DNA of 64,000 nucleotides from Pseudovirgaria hyperparasitica (Eukaryota): NCBI GenBank assembly GCA_010093815.1, contig ML996576.1; one strand, 5' to 3'. Shown piece by piece: positions 63,564 to 64,000 of this stretch (position 1 is its first letter; each line of letters starts with the position of its first letter). The notes under the pieces were generated by a model. It saw only the letters and a program-made list of their open reading frames with translations, ran no database searches and was not told where the DNA came from. The position numbers and the translations under genes were made by a program.

Positions 63564-64000
63564 CATGAGAGCTGAAGCTATACAACCTATAGATGGTCGC
63601 AGTTGACATACATGCGGATATACGTATGATACAATCACATAACATGAGGACCCATACGAGATGCTATACATGATCTTGGTGTTACGTTCAGTTTGGATTC
63701 CTTGCATGCTAATCTAGGATTGTAGACTTCCATGTGCATAAGCTACATAAGATGACTTTTGTAGCGGTGAAAGAGACGGGGAGAATTTGCTTCAGTAGAC
63801 CAGGGTCGTGGAAGATGCCGACGTAGCCATCGCTGTCTTCAATTGGCGCCGAATCAATCGGTCCCTCAGGACTCAAGCATTAGCCTCTCCACCTCCCGAT
63901 ATCTAGCTCCTGCAGTTACGCCTATACCTACTATGTCAGATGATGCTTCTAGATGGTGGATACCAGTTCTCGGCTTTTTTGCAGCAGCCTGACGCACCAG

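Overview
Eukaryotic, intron-containing DNA from a filamentous ascomycete (Pezizomycotina-type 45-100 nt GT..CTRAY..AG introns). About 23 protein-coding genes can be supported. Conserved genes: HAL4/SAT4-type kinase, PEX3, ATG101, ARG7, an FAD monooxygenase, a histidine acid phosphatase and a CRIB-motif protein. Accessory-looking groups: (i) a secreted protein whose mature part follows the CheD/CNF1-type Cys-His deamidase pattern; (ii) a head-to-head pair of a C2H2+GATA zinc-finger gene and a HeLo-like/kinase-C-lobe-like gene, separated by an 85-bp tandem duplication; (iii) a transaldolase/SDR/ALDH/Nudix group; (iv) two HsbA-family genes (one with a 1-nt frameshift) plus a DUF1996 protein; (v) a 49-aa Cys-rich microprotein that the ORF track misses; (vi) at the right end, a repeat-bounded block with a bacterial-like SAM methyltransferase, an opine (octopine/nopaline) dehydrogenase-family gene and a GH18 chitinase-like gene lacking its catalytic Asp/Glu. 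No tRNA, rRNA, CRISPR array or intact transposon was recognised. Family assignments come from motif recognition by eye, not database searches, and intron models are manual.
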